This document shows, one piece after another, positions 1 to 8,288 of a stretch of 47,265 bases of DNA. Position 1 is the first letter of the stretch; each line of letters starts with the position of its first letter. The translations under genes and the position numbers were made by a program. A model generated the notes under the pieces. It ran no database searches, was not told where the DNA came from, and saw only the letters and a list, made by a program, of their open reading frames with translations. This DNA is from Candidatus Saccharimonadota bacterium (GTDB lineage Bacteria > Patescibacteriota > Saccharimonadia > Saccharimonadales > UBA10212): positions 1-47,265 of the forward strand of contig JAQGHE010000051.1 of the NCBI GenBank assembly GCA_028288985.1, given 5' to 3'.

Positions 1-1369
1 CTCCAACGTAAAGCCCGGCTTTATAGCCATTGACTTTAGCCAGCGAGACCGCAGTATTAGTAGCAATATCCGACTTGAAGGTAGAGGCATAAACAGCCGC
101 CAAAATTGCCAAGCCCAGCGCACCGCCGATCTGCTGAGAGGTGTTAAGAACGCCCGAGGCCAATCCCGAAAAATGTTTAGGAACACCTGAAGTGGCAGCC
201 AGAGTCATTGATATGAACGACAGTCCCATCCCAAACGCCACGACGACCAAACCCGGAAAAACATTGTGCAAGTAGTTGCCATGGACCTTCATGGTGGAGG
301 CGATCGTAAACAGGCCGATGCTCAATATAACCGGTCCAGCCACCAAAAAGGGCTTATAGCCGATTTTGTTTACTAAGTTAGATACGATGCCGGATGTAAT
401 CGCGATAACGAAGGTTACCGGCAGGAAGGATAGCCCTGATTTTATAGGTGAGTACCCCAGAACCGTTTGGATGTAGAGAGTCATGAAGAAGAACATAGAA
501 AACAAAGTGCAGGCAATTGCCAGAGCCGTAAGATTGCCGCCAGAAACATTACGGATTTTGAAGATCCTTAAGTTGAGAAGCGGCTGGTCGGTACGCCGTT
601 CGCGAATGATGAAAGCGGCCATTAAAGCAACACTAAGGATCAGGAATCCGACTACAGTAGTTGAACCCCAGCCGGCGTTAGGTGCCTTTGACAGGCCGTA
701 GACCAAGGCCATTAAGCCGGCCGTGGCGGTTACGGCACCAGGTAAATCGAGCTTCATTTTCTTATTCTCTTCACCGATGTGGTGCGGTAGTAGGCGAGTT
801 GCGGCCAGCACAACAAGAATACCGACGGGTACGTTTACGAAGAAGTTCCAGCGCCAATCCAGATACTGGGTCAGAACCCCGCCAAGCAGTACTCCTACGG
901 CTGCCCCACCGGCTGAAACCGCAGCCCATACTCCCAGGGCAGTGTTGCGCTCCTTACCTTCATCGAATTCAGTTAATAAGATCGAAAGAGCCACCGGAGA
1001 CATAATAGCTCCTGTTAAGCCCTGTATAGCGCGAGTAACAATCAGCATTGTGTCGGATTGGGCCAAACCGCAAGCTAGCGATGCCAGAGCGAAAGCCGTG
1101 ACGGAGCCTATAAAAAGCTTTCTTCGCCCATACAAGTCAGCCGCCCGGCCTCCTAGCAGCAGAAATCCGCCGAATGTCAGTGTATAGGCAGTTACTACCC
1201 ACTGGAGATTACTGGGGGCAAAATGCAGGTCACGAGCGATTGACGGCAAGGCCACATTAACGATGGCAACATCCAGTACGACCATAAACTGGGCCAGAGC
1301 CAGCAGCGCCAATATCACCCACTTATTCTCCGCGTGTCTTGATAATTCTCTCTTGGCGTTTGCAACCAT
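1..1369 (-). CDS. MFS drug/H+ antiporter, DHA2 (EmrB/QacA-like) family; C-terminal part lies beyond the window edge
   Basis: Absent from the ORF track because it is open at position 1. My minus-strand translation from ATG (1369-1367) gives MVANAKRELSRHAENKWVILALLALAQFMVVLDVAIVNVALPSIARDL... and stays hydrophobic to position 1. LDxxIVNVALPxI is the DHA2 N-terminal signature. The + strand track ORFs at 483-1187 are antisense shadows. Confidence 0.8.
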   Translation of the reverse strand, partial: MVANAKRELSRHAENKWVILALLALAQFMVVLDVAIVNVALPSIARDLHFAPSNLQWVVTAYTLTFGGFLLLGGRAADLYGRRKLFIGSVTAFALASLACGLAQSDTMLIVTRAIQGLTGAIMSPVALSILLTEFDEGKERNTALGVWAAVSAGGAAVGVLLGGVLTQYLDWRWNFFVNVPVGILVVLAATRLLPHHIGEENKKMKLDLPGAVTATAGLMALVYGLSKAPNAGWGSTTVVGFLILSVALMAAFIIRERRTDQPLLNLRIFKIRNVSGGNLTALAIACTLFSMFFFMTLYIQTVLGYSPIKSGLSFLPVTFVIAITSGIVSNLVNKIGYKPFLVAGPVILSIGLFTIASTMKVHGNYLHNVFPGLVVVAFGMGLSFISMTLAATSGVPKHFSGLASGVLNTSQQIGGALGLAILAAVYASTFKSDIATNTAVSLAKVNGYKAGLYVG

Positions 1370-1487
1370 TAAACAAATCCCCCGATTTTACACCCTGTAG
1401 TTAAGGATTTATCTTAGTCTAAAATTATCAAAACGACAATAAAATTCGCCTAGCATGAGCATTTTAGGTTAAAATCTAAGCAATAAC

Positions 1488-2663
1488 ATGAAAAAACAAA
1501 AGGTCGTAATCGTAGGCGGAGGGTTCGGCGGAATTAAAACGGCGCTGGAATTGGCCGGCAAACCGGGGTTTTCGGTAACGCTGATATCGGACTGCGACGA
1601 GTTTCGATATTACCCAACCCTTTATCTAGCGGCTACCGGCGGCAAGCGCGCCGCTTCAAGTATCCCTATGGCTGAAATATTCAGCAATAAAAATATCGCA
1701 GTGGTCCGCGATTCCATCAAGAGCATTGATCGCAAAAGTAAAACCGTACGCGGAAAATCAAAGTACGAGTACGACTTTTTAGTACTGGCCCTCGGCGTAG
1801 TCACCAATTACTTCGGCATCAAAGGTCTGCCAGAGCTGTCATATGGGATCAAATCCATGGAGGATGCTCACGAGCTTCGGGACCACATCCATAAACAACT
1901 GGTGGACGATAAAAAACCTGATCTTAATTATGTAATCATCGGTGGCGGCCCCACCGGTGTAGAGTTGGCAGCCGCCCTGCCCCATTACATCCGTCACATC
2001 ATGGCCTCCCACGGACTTCATAAAAGCCGGGTCAACATCGACCTGGTTGAAGCCGCACCCCGGCTGATGCCGCGTATGCCAAAACCCTACAGCAAAGCAG
2101 TGGCCAAACGTCTGCGGCAGCTGGGCGTCAAACTTTATCTTGGCGAAACGGTACGATCCGAAACCACTGATGGTCTGTATTTCAGCGAGGGCAACCTTAA
2201 AAGCAAGACCGTTGTCTGGACGGCCGGCGTCACCAATCATCCATTTTTCTCCGACAATGACTTCGCCGTTAACGACCGCGGAAAAGTAGTCGTTGATGAA
2301 TTTTTGGCAGCCGAGGATTACATTTACGTCATAGGCGATAATGCCGATACGCCATTTTCCGGCATGGCCCAGACTGCTATCCACGACGCTAAGTTTGTAG
2401 CCGATAACCTCGGCCGCTTACGCGCCGGCAGGCGGCTCAGATCCTACAAACCGGCCCAACCGGCTTACGCTACACCCGTCGGTCCAAGCTGGGCGGCGCT
2501 ACTTTGGGGGCGAATCCATACTTTCGGCTGGTTGGGTTGGGTTCTTCGTTCTGCGGCTGACTTTATAGGTTATCGTGATTTCGAGTCGCCTATAAAAGCC
2601 AGTAAGCATTGGACAGCCGGTTTCGGGGAAGAAAAAAACTGCCTGGTCTGTTCCGGCTCATAA
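1488..2663 (+). CDS. ndh: Type II NADH dehydrogenase (NDH-2), FAD-dependent pyridine nucleotide-disulfide oxidoreductase
   Basis: 391 aa. N-terminal VVIVGGGFGG dinucleotide fold and a second IIGGGPTGVE fold. Length and layout are typical of NDH-2. Confidence 0.8.
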   Translation: MKKQKVVIVGGGFGGIKTALELAGKPGFSVTLISDCDEFRYYPTLYLAATGGKRAASSIPMAEIFSNKNIAVVRDSIKSIDRKSKTVRGKSKYEYDFLVLALGVVTNYFGIKGLPELSYGIKSMEDAHELRDHIHKQLVDDKKPDLNYVIIGGGPTGVELAAALPHYIRHIMASHGLHKSRVNIDLVEAAPRLMPRMPKPYSKAVAKRLRQLGVKLYLGETVRSETTDGLYFSEGNLKSKTVVWTAGVTNHPFFSDNDFAVNDRGKVVVDEFLAAEDYIYVIGDNADTPFSGMAQTAIHDAKFVADNLGRLRAGRRLRSYKPAQPAYATPVGPSWAALLWGRIHTFGWLGWVLRSAADFIGYRDFESPIKASKHWTAGFGEEKNCLVCSGS

Positions 2664-2709
2664 AAAACTAAGCGATTCTTAAGTCTTAGACTGATATATT
2701 GGGGGTTAC

Positions 2710-4233
2710 GTGAAACAAGTTTCTCTACAACTGCAGCGCCTTGGGGACGCGCTGGATTCAAGCCTGGACCGTTTAACGACTTATCGGCTGGTACTTTATT
2801 TACTATGCCTCTACCTGCTGGCCGCAGTGGCTCTGAGTCTTGGGCACCAAATCGGCTTCAGCGCCGTCGATATTATCGGTTCCTTTGTCTGGCTGCTGGC
2901 CATCAGCCGTTTGTCCAACTGGCTTTTCGCGAAACTTTTCAAGGTACCCTATAACCACGAATCAGACCTTATAACAGCCCTGATCTTGTCCTTGATTTTA
3001 ACGCCGGCCGGTACCTTGCACGATTATCTGATCCTGGGTGCCGCAGCCGTCGTCGCCCAACTATCTAAATATGTACTTTCTGTCCGCGGACGCCACATTT
3101 TTAACCCGGCAGCCCTCGGCGCCTTCGTGTCCGGCGTCGTCTTTCATAGCTACGCCAGCTGGTGGATAGGCACCCGAGCCGTAGCACCGCTGCTCATCAT
3201 CGGCGCCGTTCTGATACTGCGCAAAATGAAGCGTTTCCAGATGGCCGGGCTGTTTATTCTTATCGCTCTGGCTTACCTGATTTTCCATGCTCCGGCCGGC
3301 TCGCTGAGCCAATTTATCCAGATAGGACTGTTAAGTTCACCCCTGATTTTCTTCGCCTCGATAATGCTGACGGAGCCACTCACCTCGCCAACTAAATTCA
3401 GATCCAGCCTTTACTATGCGGCTCTGGTTGGCATTCTCTACGCCATAATCGCGCTGCGTTTTTCGCCGGAAGAGGCCCTGCTGGCAGGTAATATCCTGGT
3501 CTTCATACTTAACCCCAACCGCAGCCTGCTGCTTAACTTTGTTCGTCAGCAAAAAGAAGCCGAGGGGATATACAGCTATCACTTCCACGCGCCCAAGAAG
3601 CTTAACTTCAAACCCGGGCAATATATGGAGTGGACCTTGCCGGGCGTACATCTTGACGCCCGCGGCAACCGGCGCTACCTGACCATAGCCTCTTCTCCCA
3701 CCGAAGAATCGATAATGTTCACTATTAAGATGCCTGTCCGACCCAGCAGTTTTAAAAGCAGTTTATCGAAGCTGAAGCACGGGGAAGTTGTGCTGGCCGC
3801 CCAATTGGCCGGCTCCTTTACGCTCCCCAAAGATCCGGCTGCCAAGCTGGCGTTTATTGCCGGCGGCGTTGGCATTACGCCGTTTCATAGCATGGCCAGA
3901 TATCTGATAGACAAGCAGGAGCAGCGTGACATCAATCTGTTTTATTTCGTCAACTCACCTGCTGAGATTGCCTACCAAAAAGCCTTCGATCTGGCCGAGG
4001 GAGTCGGATTTAAGAATTACTATGTGGTCCGCGATGCGCCAGAAAATTGGACCGGCTTATCCGGCTTGGCCAGCAAAGAACTATTCAGGAAGAATACGCC
4101 TGATTTTGATAAGCGCATGTTTTATATATCCGGCCCCCAGGGCTTTGTGGCCGCCGTCCATCAGATGCTGCTGGAACTGGGCGTAGCCCCGGATAAAATC
4201 ATCACCGATTTCTTCCCCGGTTACAATTCCTAG
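2710..4233 (+). CDS. Polytopic membrane RnfD/NqrB-like domain fused to an FNR-type FAD/NAD(P)-binding reductase domain
   Basis: 507 aa, GTG start. The N-terminal half is multi-TM with FNPAALG and MLTEPLTSPT, which resembles the RnfD/NqrB TDPxT/S flavinylation region. The C-terminal half has RRYLTIASSP (RxY[ST]-type FAD motif) and GGVGITPF (NAD(P) motif). Confidence 0.65.
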   Translation: MKQVSLQLQRLGDALDSSLDRLTTYRLVLYLLCLYLLAAVALSLGHQIGFSAVDIIGSFVWLLAISRLSNWLFAKLFKVPYNHESDLITALILSLILTPAGTLHDYLILGAAAVVAQLSKYVLSVRGRHIFNPAALGAFVSGVVFHSYASWWIGTRAVAPLLIIGAVLILRKMKRFQMAGLFILIALAYLIFHAPAGSLSQFIQIGLLSSPLIFFASIMLTEPLTSPTKFRSSLYYAALVGILYAIIALRFSPEEALLAGNILVFILNPNRSLLLNFVRQQKEAEGIYSYHFHAPKKLNFKPGQYMEWTLPGVHLDARGNRRYLTIASSPTEESIMFTIKMPVRPSSFKSSLSKLKHGEVVLAAQLAGSFTLPKDPAAKLAFIAGGVGITPFHSMARYLIDKQEQRDINLFYFVNSPAEIAYQKAFDLAEGVGFKNYYVVRDAPENWTGLSGLASKELFRKNTPDFDKRMFYISGPQGFVAAVHQMLLELGVAPDKIITDFFPGYNS

Positions 4234-4246
4234 CCCTATATAGTCG

Positions 4247-4984
4247 TTACAATTTAGTATTTAGTAAAGATGTCATGCCGGATGTAGCCAAGGCTTTGCC
4301 GGCTTTATCTACCGCTAAGGCTTCGTAGCCCGGCTGGTCCTCGATAAAACTTAACCCGGCAGTGCCCATTGCGAAAGCGGCGGTGGCAAAAACGTCAGCG
4401 CGGATAATATCCGGACCGGCCACGGTAATGCCCAGCAGCTCGTTTGCCGGGTTGCCGGTCTTGGGGTTGATAACGTGGTCCCCCCTCTCATAAATGCCGC
4501 TGGTGGCTACGGCGATATCTTTGGCGCTAATCCTACCAAGGATAGATTGCTTATCCAGGGGGTTCTGCAACCCTATACCCCAAACTTTACCGGAGTCGCT
4601 CCTAGCCTTGATGTCGCCCCCGATGCCGACACAGTATGTGGTGTAGCCATTTTTCTCCAAAAGAGCGCCGACTTCAGAGATCGCCCACCCCTTCACGTAG
4701 CCCGTGGGGTCAAACTCTCCCGCGAACCAGGCGCTAAAGTAACCGCCTGTGATCTTCTCCATCTCCAGGCAGGCGCGCATTATTTTACGAACCTCGTGGC
4801 TTAACTCCTGCTCGCGTAGTTCCCCGCGCCGGAATCTGGAGATCTCAGATTTACTCTTATAAGTGCTGAATTTACGGTCAATTTTTTGCAACCGGGAAAA
4901 GACCTTCTGTATAAATTGCGTGTCCGTAAGTCCGGGTACATCAATGCTTACGCCCGTGCCCATTACGATTTGGTTGGCGCGCAT
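4247..4984 (-). CDS. apbE: FAD:protein FMN transferase (ApbE family), short form
   Basis: 245 aa with VMGTGVSIDV, IGGDIKA and ATSGIYERGDHVINPKTGNP, which are ApbE-like blocks. No obvious signal peptide or lipobox at the N-terminus. Confidence 0.7.
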   Translation of the reverse strand: MRANQIVMGTGVSIDVPGLTDTQFIQKVFSRLQKIDRKFSTYKSKSEISRFRRGELREQELSHEVRKIMRACLEMEKITGGYFSAWFAGEFDPTGYVKGWAISEVGALLEKNGYTTYCVGIGGDIKARSDSGKVWGIGLQNPLDKQSILGRISAKDIAVATSGIYERGDHVINPKTGNPANELLGITVAGPDIIRADVFATAAFAMGTAGLSFIEDQPGYEALAVDKAGKALATSGMTSLLNTKL

Positions 4985-5037
4985 ACCTTTATTTTAAGGT
5001 TATTTTCAAAATAGCGATAGAGGTAAGCGGTTTGGCT

Positions 5038-5478
5038 TTAAGAGGCCGCCTTATCCAGAGCCGCCTGCAGGGATTCTTCAAACCCGTAAGTAGTGCTGGT
5101 CGCGCCTGAGACAAAGTCTATATGCGCGCTTTGGGCGGCAATGGCATTCTGTTTCAGCTGGGGTCCGGCGGAGGCACTTATCTGCTTTGATTCTCCCTCT
5201 GCGAAAGGCATTTGCAATAAGTTTACAGTCGTTATTTTGCCAGCGCTAACAACGGCCGACACCTGAACCGGGCCGTACGGGGTTTGGGCAGTATTGCCGG
5301 TAAAGGTGCCGTCTTTATAATTGCCCGGGCTGGCTGCAGTAGTCGTCCCGGTACTGCTCGTATTTGTTGGCGCGCCGGTTTGGCCTGCTTGGCTAGCGGG
5401 CTTTTTGTTGACCTGTAACCCCAAAAGTCCCAGGATGGCTACGGCAATTACGATTACGACGGCCTTTTTCATATCCAT
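5038..5478 (-). CDS. Exported FMN-binding domain protein (flavinylation substrate)
   Basis: 146 aa. N-terminal TM/signal segment, then a Thr/Ser/Gly-rich linker, then an FMN_bind-like domain ending in IDFVSGATSTT (Dxx[ST]GAT flavinylation motif). Confidence 0.7.
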   Translation of the reverse strand: MDMKKAVVIVIAVAILGLLGLQVNKKPASQAGQTGAPTNTSSTGTTTAASPGNYKDGTFTGNTAQTPYGPVQVSAVVSAGKITTVNLLQMPFAEGESKQISASAGPQLKQNAIAAQSAHIDFVSGATSTTYGFEESLQAALDKAAS

Positions 5479-5714
5479 ATCAGTTTATCAGACGCTTTCT
5501 GAGCTTTAGCTTAAAAATTCCGCATTTATGTGCAGCGCAAGCCGCCGCCGCAATCAGGTGTAGTTTGGATGCAGTGCAAGGAAGATCGGGGCCCCTGCAA
5601 AACCTGTTTTGTGGGGTGGCAAGAAACGAGCAGCGGACCGAGCTGTATTTAAATACTGTGAGGGAGCAGCGGAGTTTCTGACATAGCAATGCGCCAAAAT
5701 ACGTCTGATTATAC

Positions 5715-5825
5715 AAAAAAAGACCCCGAGGGGTCTCTTCTCGCCGGAAGTTCTCTCCGAAGAGAGGACTTCCTCGACGCAGTCATCTCTGACTTTTGCC
5801 GATTGCCACCTCACAGTGGCTAAGT
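5715..5825 (-). ncRNA. Candidate small RNA, copy 1 of a two-member family (unknown function)
   Basis: Lies between the promoter at 5829-5857 and an intrinsic terminator, AGACCCC-UC-GGGGUCU plus a U-run (+ strand 5714-5736). The 5' part, ACUUAGCCACUGUGAGGUGGCA, is identical to copy 2 at 12441-12555. An internal hairpin GGAAGUCCUCUC-UUCG-GAGAGAACUUCC is present. No ORF. Confidence 0.6.
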
Positions 5826-5828
5826 ACC

Positions 5829-5857
5829 AATATAGACCTAAGGCTATTTGCCGTCAA
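5829..5857 (-). promoter_or_regulatory. Sigma70-type promoter of sRNA copy 1 (TTGACG-17 nt-TATATT)
   Basis: Minus strand reads TTGACGgcaaatagccttaggtcTATATTggtactt. Hexamer spacing counted by hand. Confidence 0.6.
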
Positions 5858-5954
5858 CATATTTTTTCGGCAAATTTTCAGTGGAATATGCACATGTTTA
5901 TTTAACAGATAACCCCCTGTGGGTATGCTGTGGAGAAGCCTGTGGATGAGTCAG

Positions 5955-7151
5955 CTAACCTTTGTCGACGAAGGTCAAAGCGTACCCGGCCTGTCCAGCT
6001 CTTCCGGCCCGGCCGATGCGGTGTACATAGTCATCATACGTCTGAGGCACGTCGTAGTTTATGACGTGGGTGATGTCTTTAACGTCAATGCCGCGGGCAG
6101 CTACATCGGTAGCTACTAGTACCTTGATCTGATTGTCGCGGAAGCTGTCCAGAGCGCGCTTGCGCTGGCCCTGGCTTTTATCGCCGTGCATGGACTCGGA
6201 TTTAAACCCGCGGGCACGAAGTTCGCGGCTTAGGCGTTCAACACCGTGTTTTGTTTTGCCAAAAATCAGGGTTTTTTGAACGTTCGGTTGGATCAGGACA
6301 TTATGCAGCGAGTCAATTTTATCGACGTTACCGGAAAAGCGCACTACGTCCTGGTGAACGTTTTGGCTGGTCTCGGCTACCTTAACGTTAACTGTTACGG
6401 CATCGCGGGAAAAAGTATCTATTAAGGCATTTATCTCAGGGCTCATAGTGGCGCTGAAGAAAAAGGCTTGGTGTTCGGTTGGCAGCTTTTCCAGGATGAA
6501 ACGGACATCGTTAATGAAGCCCATGTCCAGCATGCGGTCAACTTCGTCCAGAACTACCATTCCACAATGGCTCAGATCAAGCGTGTGCTGATTTAAGTGG
6601 TCCTTGATGCGTCCGGGGGTACCGATTATCAGGCGGGAGCCGTCTTTCAGGTCCCTCTTTTGGCGTCCCAGCGGCATCCCACCGATTAGAACGGCGGCGG
6701 ATAGGCCGCTGTTTTTGGCTAAGATTCGGCACTGTTCCTCGATCTGGATAGCCAGTTCGCGGGTTGGCGCTATTACTAAAGCCTGAGAGCTTGGGTTGCG
6801 CATAAGCGTGTTTAGAATCGGCAGCGCGAAGGCGGCCGTCTTGCCGGTACCGGTATTAGCGATACCAACTACGTTCTGCCCGGCCAACCCCAGAGTGATA
6901 GTTTTATCCTGGATTTCGGATGGCACGGTATAGCCTTTATTGGTCACGTTGCTTTTTAGCAGTGGGTGCATCTCAAAATCGGCAAAATTGTGCTTCGGCT
7001 CGTAGCCGACAGTACTGACCGGAGCGGCAGCTTTAATAAAGCGCGACGGGTCAATAGTTTGTTTAGCGTTTTTACGATTGCGGCGGTTAGAGCCACTAAA
7101 GCTTTGCACGCCTGGGCGGCTTGGGCCGCGCCGGTAAGTGTTTTTATACAT
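5955..7151 (-). CDS. DEAD-box ATP-dependent RNA helicase (RhlE/CshA-like)
   Basis: 398 aa with ANTGTGKTAAF (motif I), VLDEVDRM (motif II, DEVD variant), SAT (motif III) and HRIGRAGRAG (motif VI). Confidence 0.85.
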   Translation of the reverse strand: MYKNTYRRGPSRPGVQSFSGSNRRNRKNAKQTIDPSRFIKAAAPVSTVGYEPKHNFADFEMHPLLKSNVTNKGYTVPSEIQDKTITLGLAGQNVVGIANTGTGKTAAFALPILNTLMRNPSSQALVIAPTRELAIQIEEQCRILAKNSGLSAAVLIGGMPLGRQKRDLKDGSRLIIGTPGRIKDHLNQHTLDLSHCGMVVLDEVDRMLDMGFINDVRFILEKLPTEHQAFFFSATMSPEINALIDTFSRDAVTVNVKVAETSQNVHQDVVRFSGNVDKIDSLHNVLIQPNVQKTLIFGKTKHGVERLSRELRARGFKSESMHGDKSQGQRKRALDSFRDNQIKVLVATDVAARGIDVKDITHVINYDVPQTYDDYVHRIGRAGRAGQAGYALTFVDKG

Positions 7152-7341
7152 TAAAAAAGAATCCTTTCGTTTATGGTGTTTAACTCGATTGCTTAATTGA
7201 AGCCTGAGTTAAAATCTGCATAAACCCGGATTCATTCGAAACAATATTTATATTTTAACACAAGGATTATAAAAATACAACCCGTGGCGGCATATTCGCA
7301 GTAGTTCTTGTAGCGGCTGGTGCTTTGGCCTTATAAAGAGC

Positions 7342-7370
7342 AGAGGCGGGTAAGAAACCCGCCTCTTTTT
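7342..7370 (+). terminator. Orphan intrinsic terminator-like hairpin (AGAGGCGGGT-aagaa-ACCCGCCTCT plus TTTTT)
   Basis: 10-bp GC-rich stem followed by a T-run on the + strand only. No annotated + strand gene ends here. It lies upstream of the helicase promoter. Confidence 0.4.
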
Positions 7371-7485
7371 GTGAGGTGTACTTTTGGCTTTTTGTGTAGC
7401 CTCTTTAAGCATAAACCCAATGACCCCTGTAGTCAAGGGTAAAGTAGTTTTTCCTTAACAGAGGTAGCAGGATGTACTGATAGTA

Positions 7486-7514
7486 TTGCTTTTTTATAAT
7501 ACTTATGTTAAAAT
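7486..7514 (+). promoter_or_regulatory. Promoter TTGCTT-17 nt-TAAAAT (TGn extended -10) upstream of 7592-8185
   Basis: Hexamers and spacing counted by hand. It shares the TTATGTTA-type extended -10 context with other cassette promoters. Confidence 0.5.
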
Positions 7515-7591
7515 AGGCGTTATCTCTGGTGGTTGAGGCTTAAACGCTCCCACCCGGGAGCACCTCACTACCTCCGTCTTGAAGGAGTCCG

Positions 7592-8185
7592 ATGATCTTT
7601 CGCATCTTTGGCAGCAAGCCGCTACTGGTGGCAATTGCCGCCATCATCGCTCTCGCAGTGGTAAGCAGCAGCAACGCTGCAACACCGACGTTCGAAGTCG
7701 AACACGGCTTCGTGAAACAGATCAAATGTGTCGACGTCGGCCAGAACACCACCTTCACCATCAGGGCGAAGAACACCAGCGACCACACCGTCGCAGTTCA
7801 CATCTCCCCTAACGGGTTGGGCTTCAGCCCCTGGGCACGGTTCCAGTTGGCTGGTGCGAAGCCCTCCCTGAGGGGCACCGACACGACGATCGGCGAAGGC
7901 GCATTTCAGACGACCATCAAGACCGTCTATTGGGATAAGACTCTCCAGCCCGGTCAGGAGGCGATGTTCCACATCACCCTTCTCGTCACGGACTGGAAGT
8001 CGTTCCCTTACCCGCCGGAGTATCCTGCCCCGGCACTCCCCTACCCCCCGACGTTCGGATACTCCATTCGCGTTGGGGACTACGAAGGAGAGGGATCTTC
8101 CCAGTACCTTTCGGCTACGACCGGCTATTGCGGCGTGGCACTACCGCCGGGTATCGGCGATGTGATGGGCGGCGGAGGCAAGTAG
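7592..8185 (+). CDS. Secreted hypothetical protein (GC3-rich cassette)
   Basis: 197 aa. SD GAAGGAG lies upstream of the ATG. N-terminal signal-like LLVAIAAIIALAVVSSSNA. Third codon positions are mostly G/C, unlike the neighbours. Antisense and alternate-frame ORFs in the track are typical GC-rich shadows. Confidence 0.6.
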   Translation: MIFRIFGSKPLLVAIAAIIALAVVSSSNAATPTFEVEHGFVKQIKCVDVGQNTTFTIRAKNTSDHTVAVHISPNGLGFSPWARFQLAGAKPSLRGTDTTIGEGAFQTTIKTVYWDKTLQPGQEAMFHITLLVTDWKSFPYPPEYPAPALPYPPTFGYSIRVGDYEGEGSSQYLSATTGYCGVALPPGIGDVMGGGGK

Positions 8186-8196
8186 ATGAAGCACTT

Positions 8197-8252
8197 GGGG
8201 CGGTCCGAAAGGGCCGCCCCACACCAACACCCAATGTTATGGGTGTTTTTTT
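8197..8252 (+). terminator. Tandem terminator hairpins after 7592-8185
   Basis: GGGGCGGTCC-GAAA-GGGCCGCCCC (8197-8220), then ACACCCA-atgtta-TGGGTGT plus a T-run (8227-8252). Confidence 0.65.
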
Positions 8253-8288
8253 ACTGCCAAATTCCTATAACAGTACTAGCCTTATAAA

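Noticed and set aside
483-1187. Three + strand ORFs (72, 107 and 154 aa) listed in the track
   Set aside because: They lie antisense to a continuous, clearly MFS-like minus-strand reading frame (1-1369). Their products are Arg/Pro/Ser-rich, low-complexity shadow translations.
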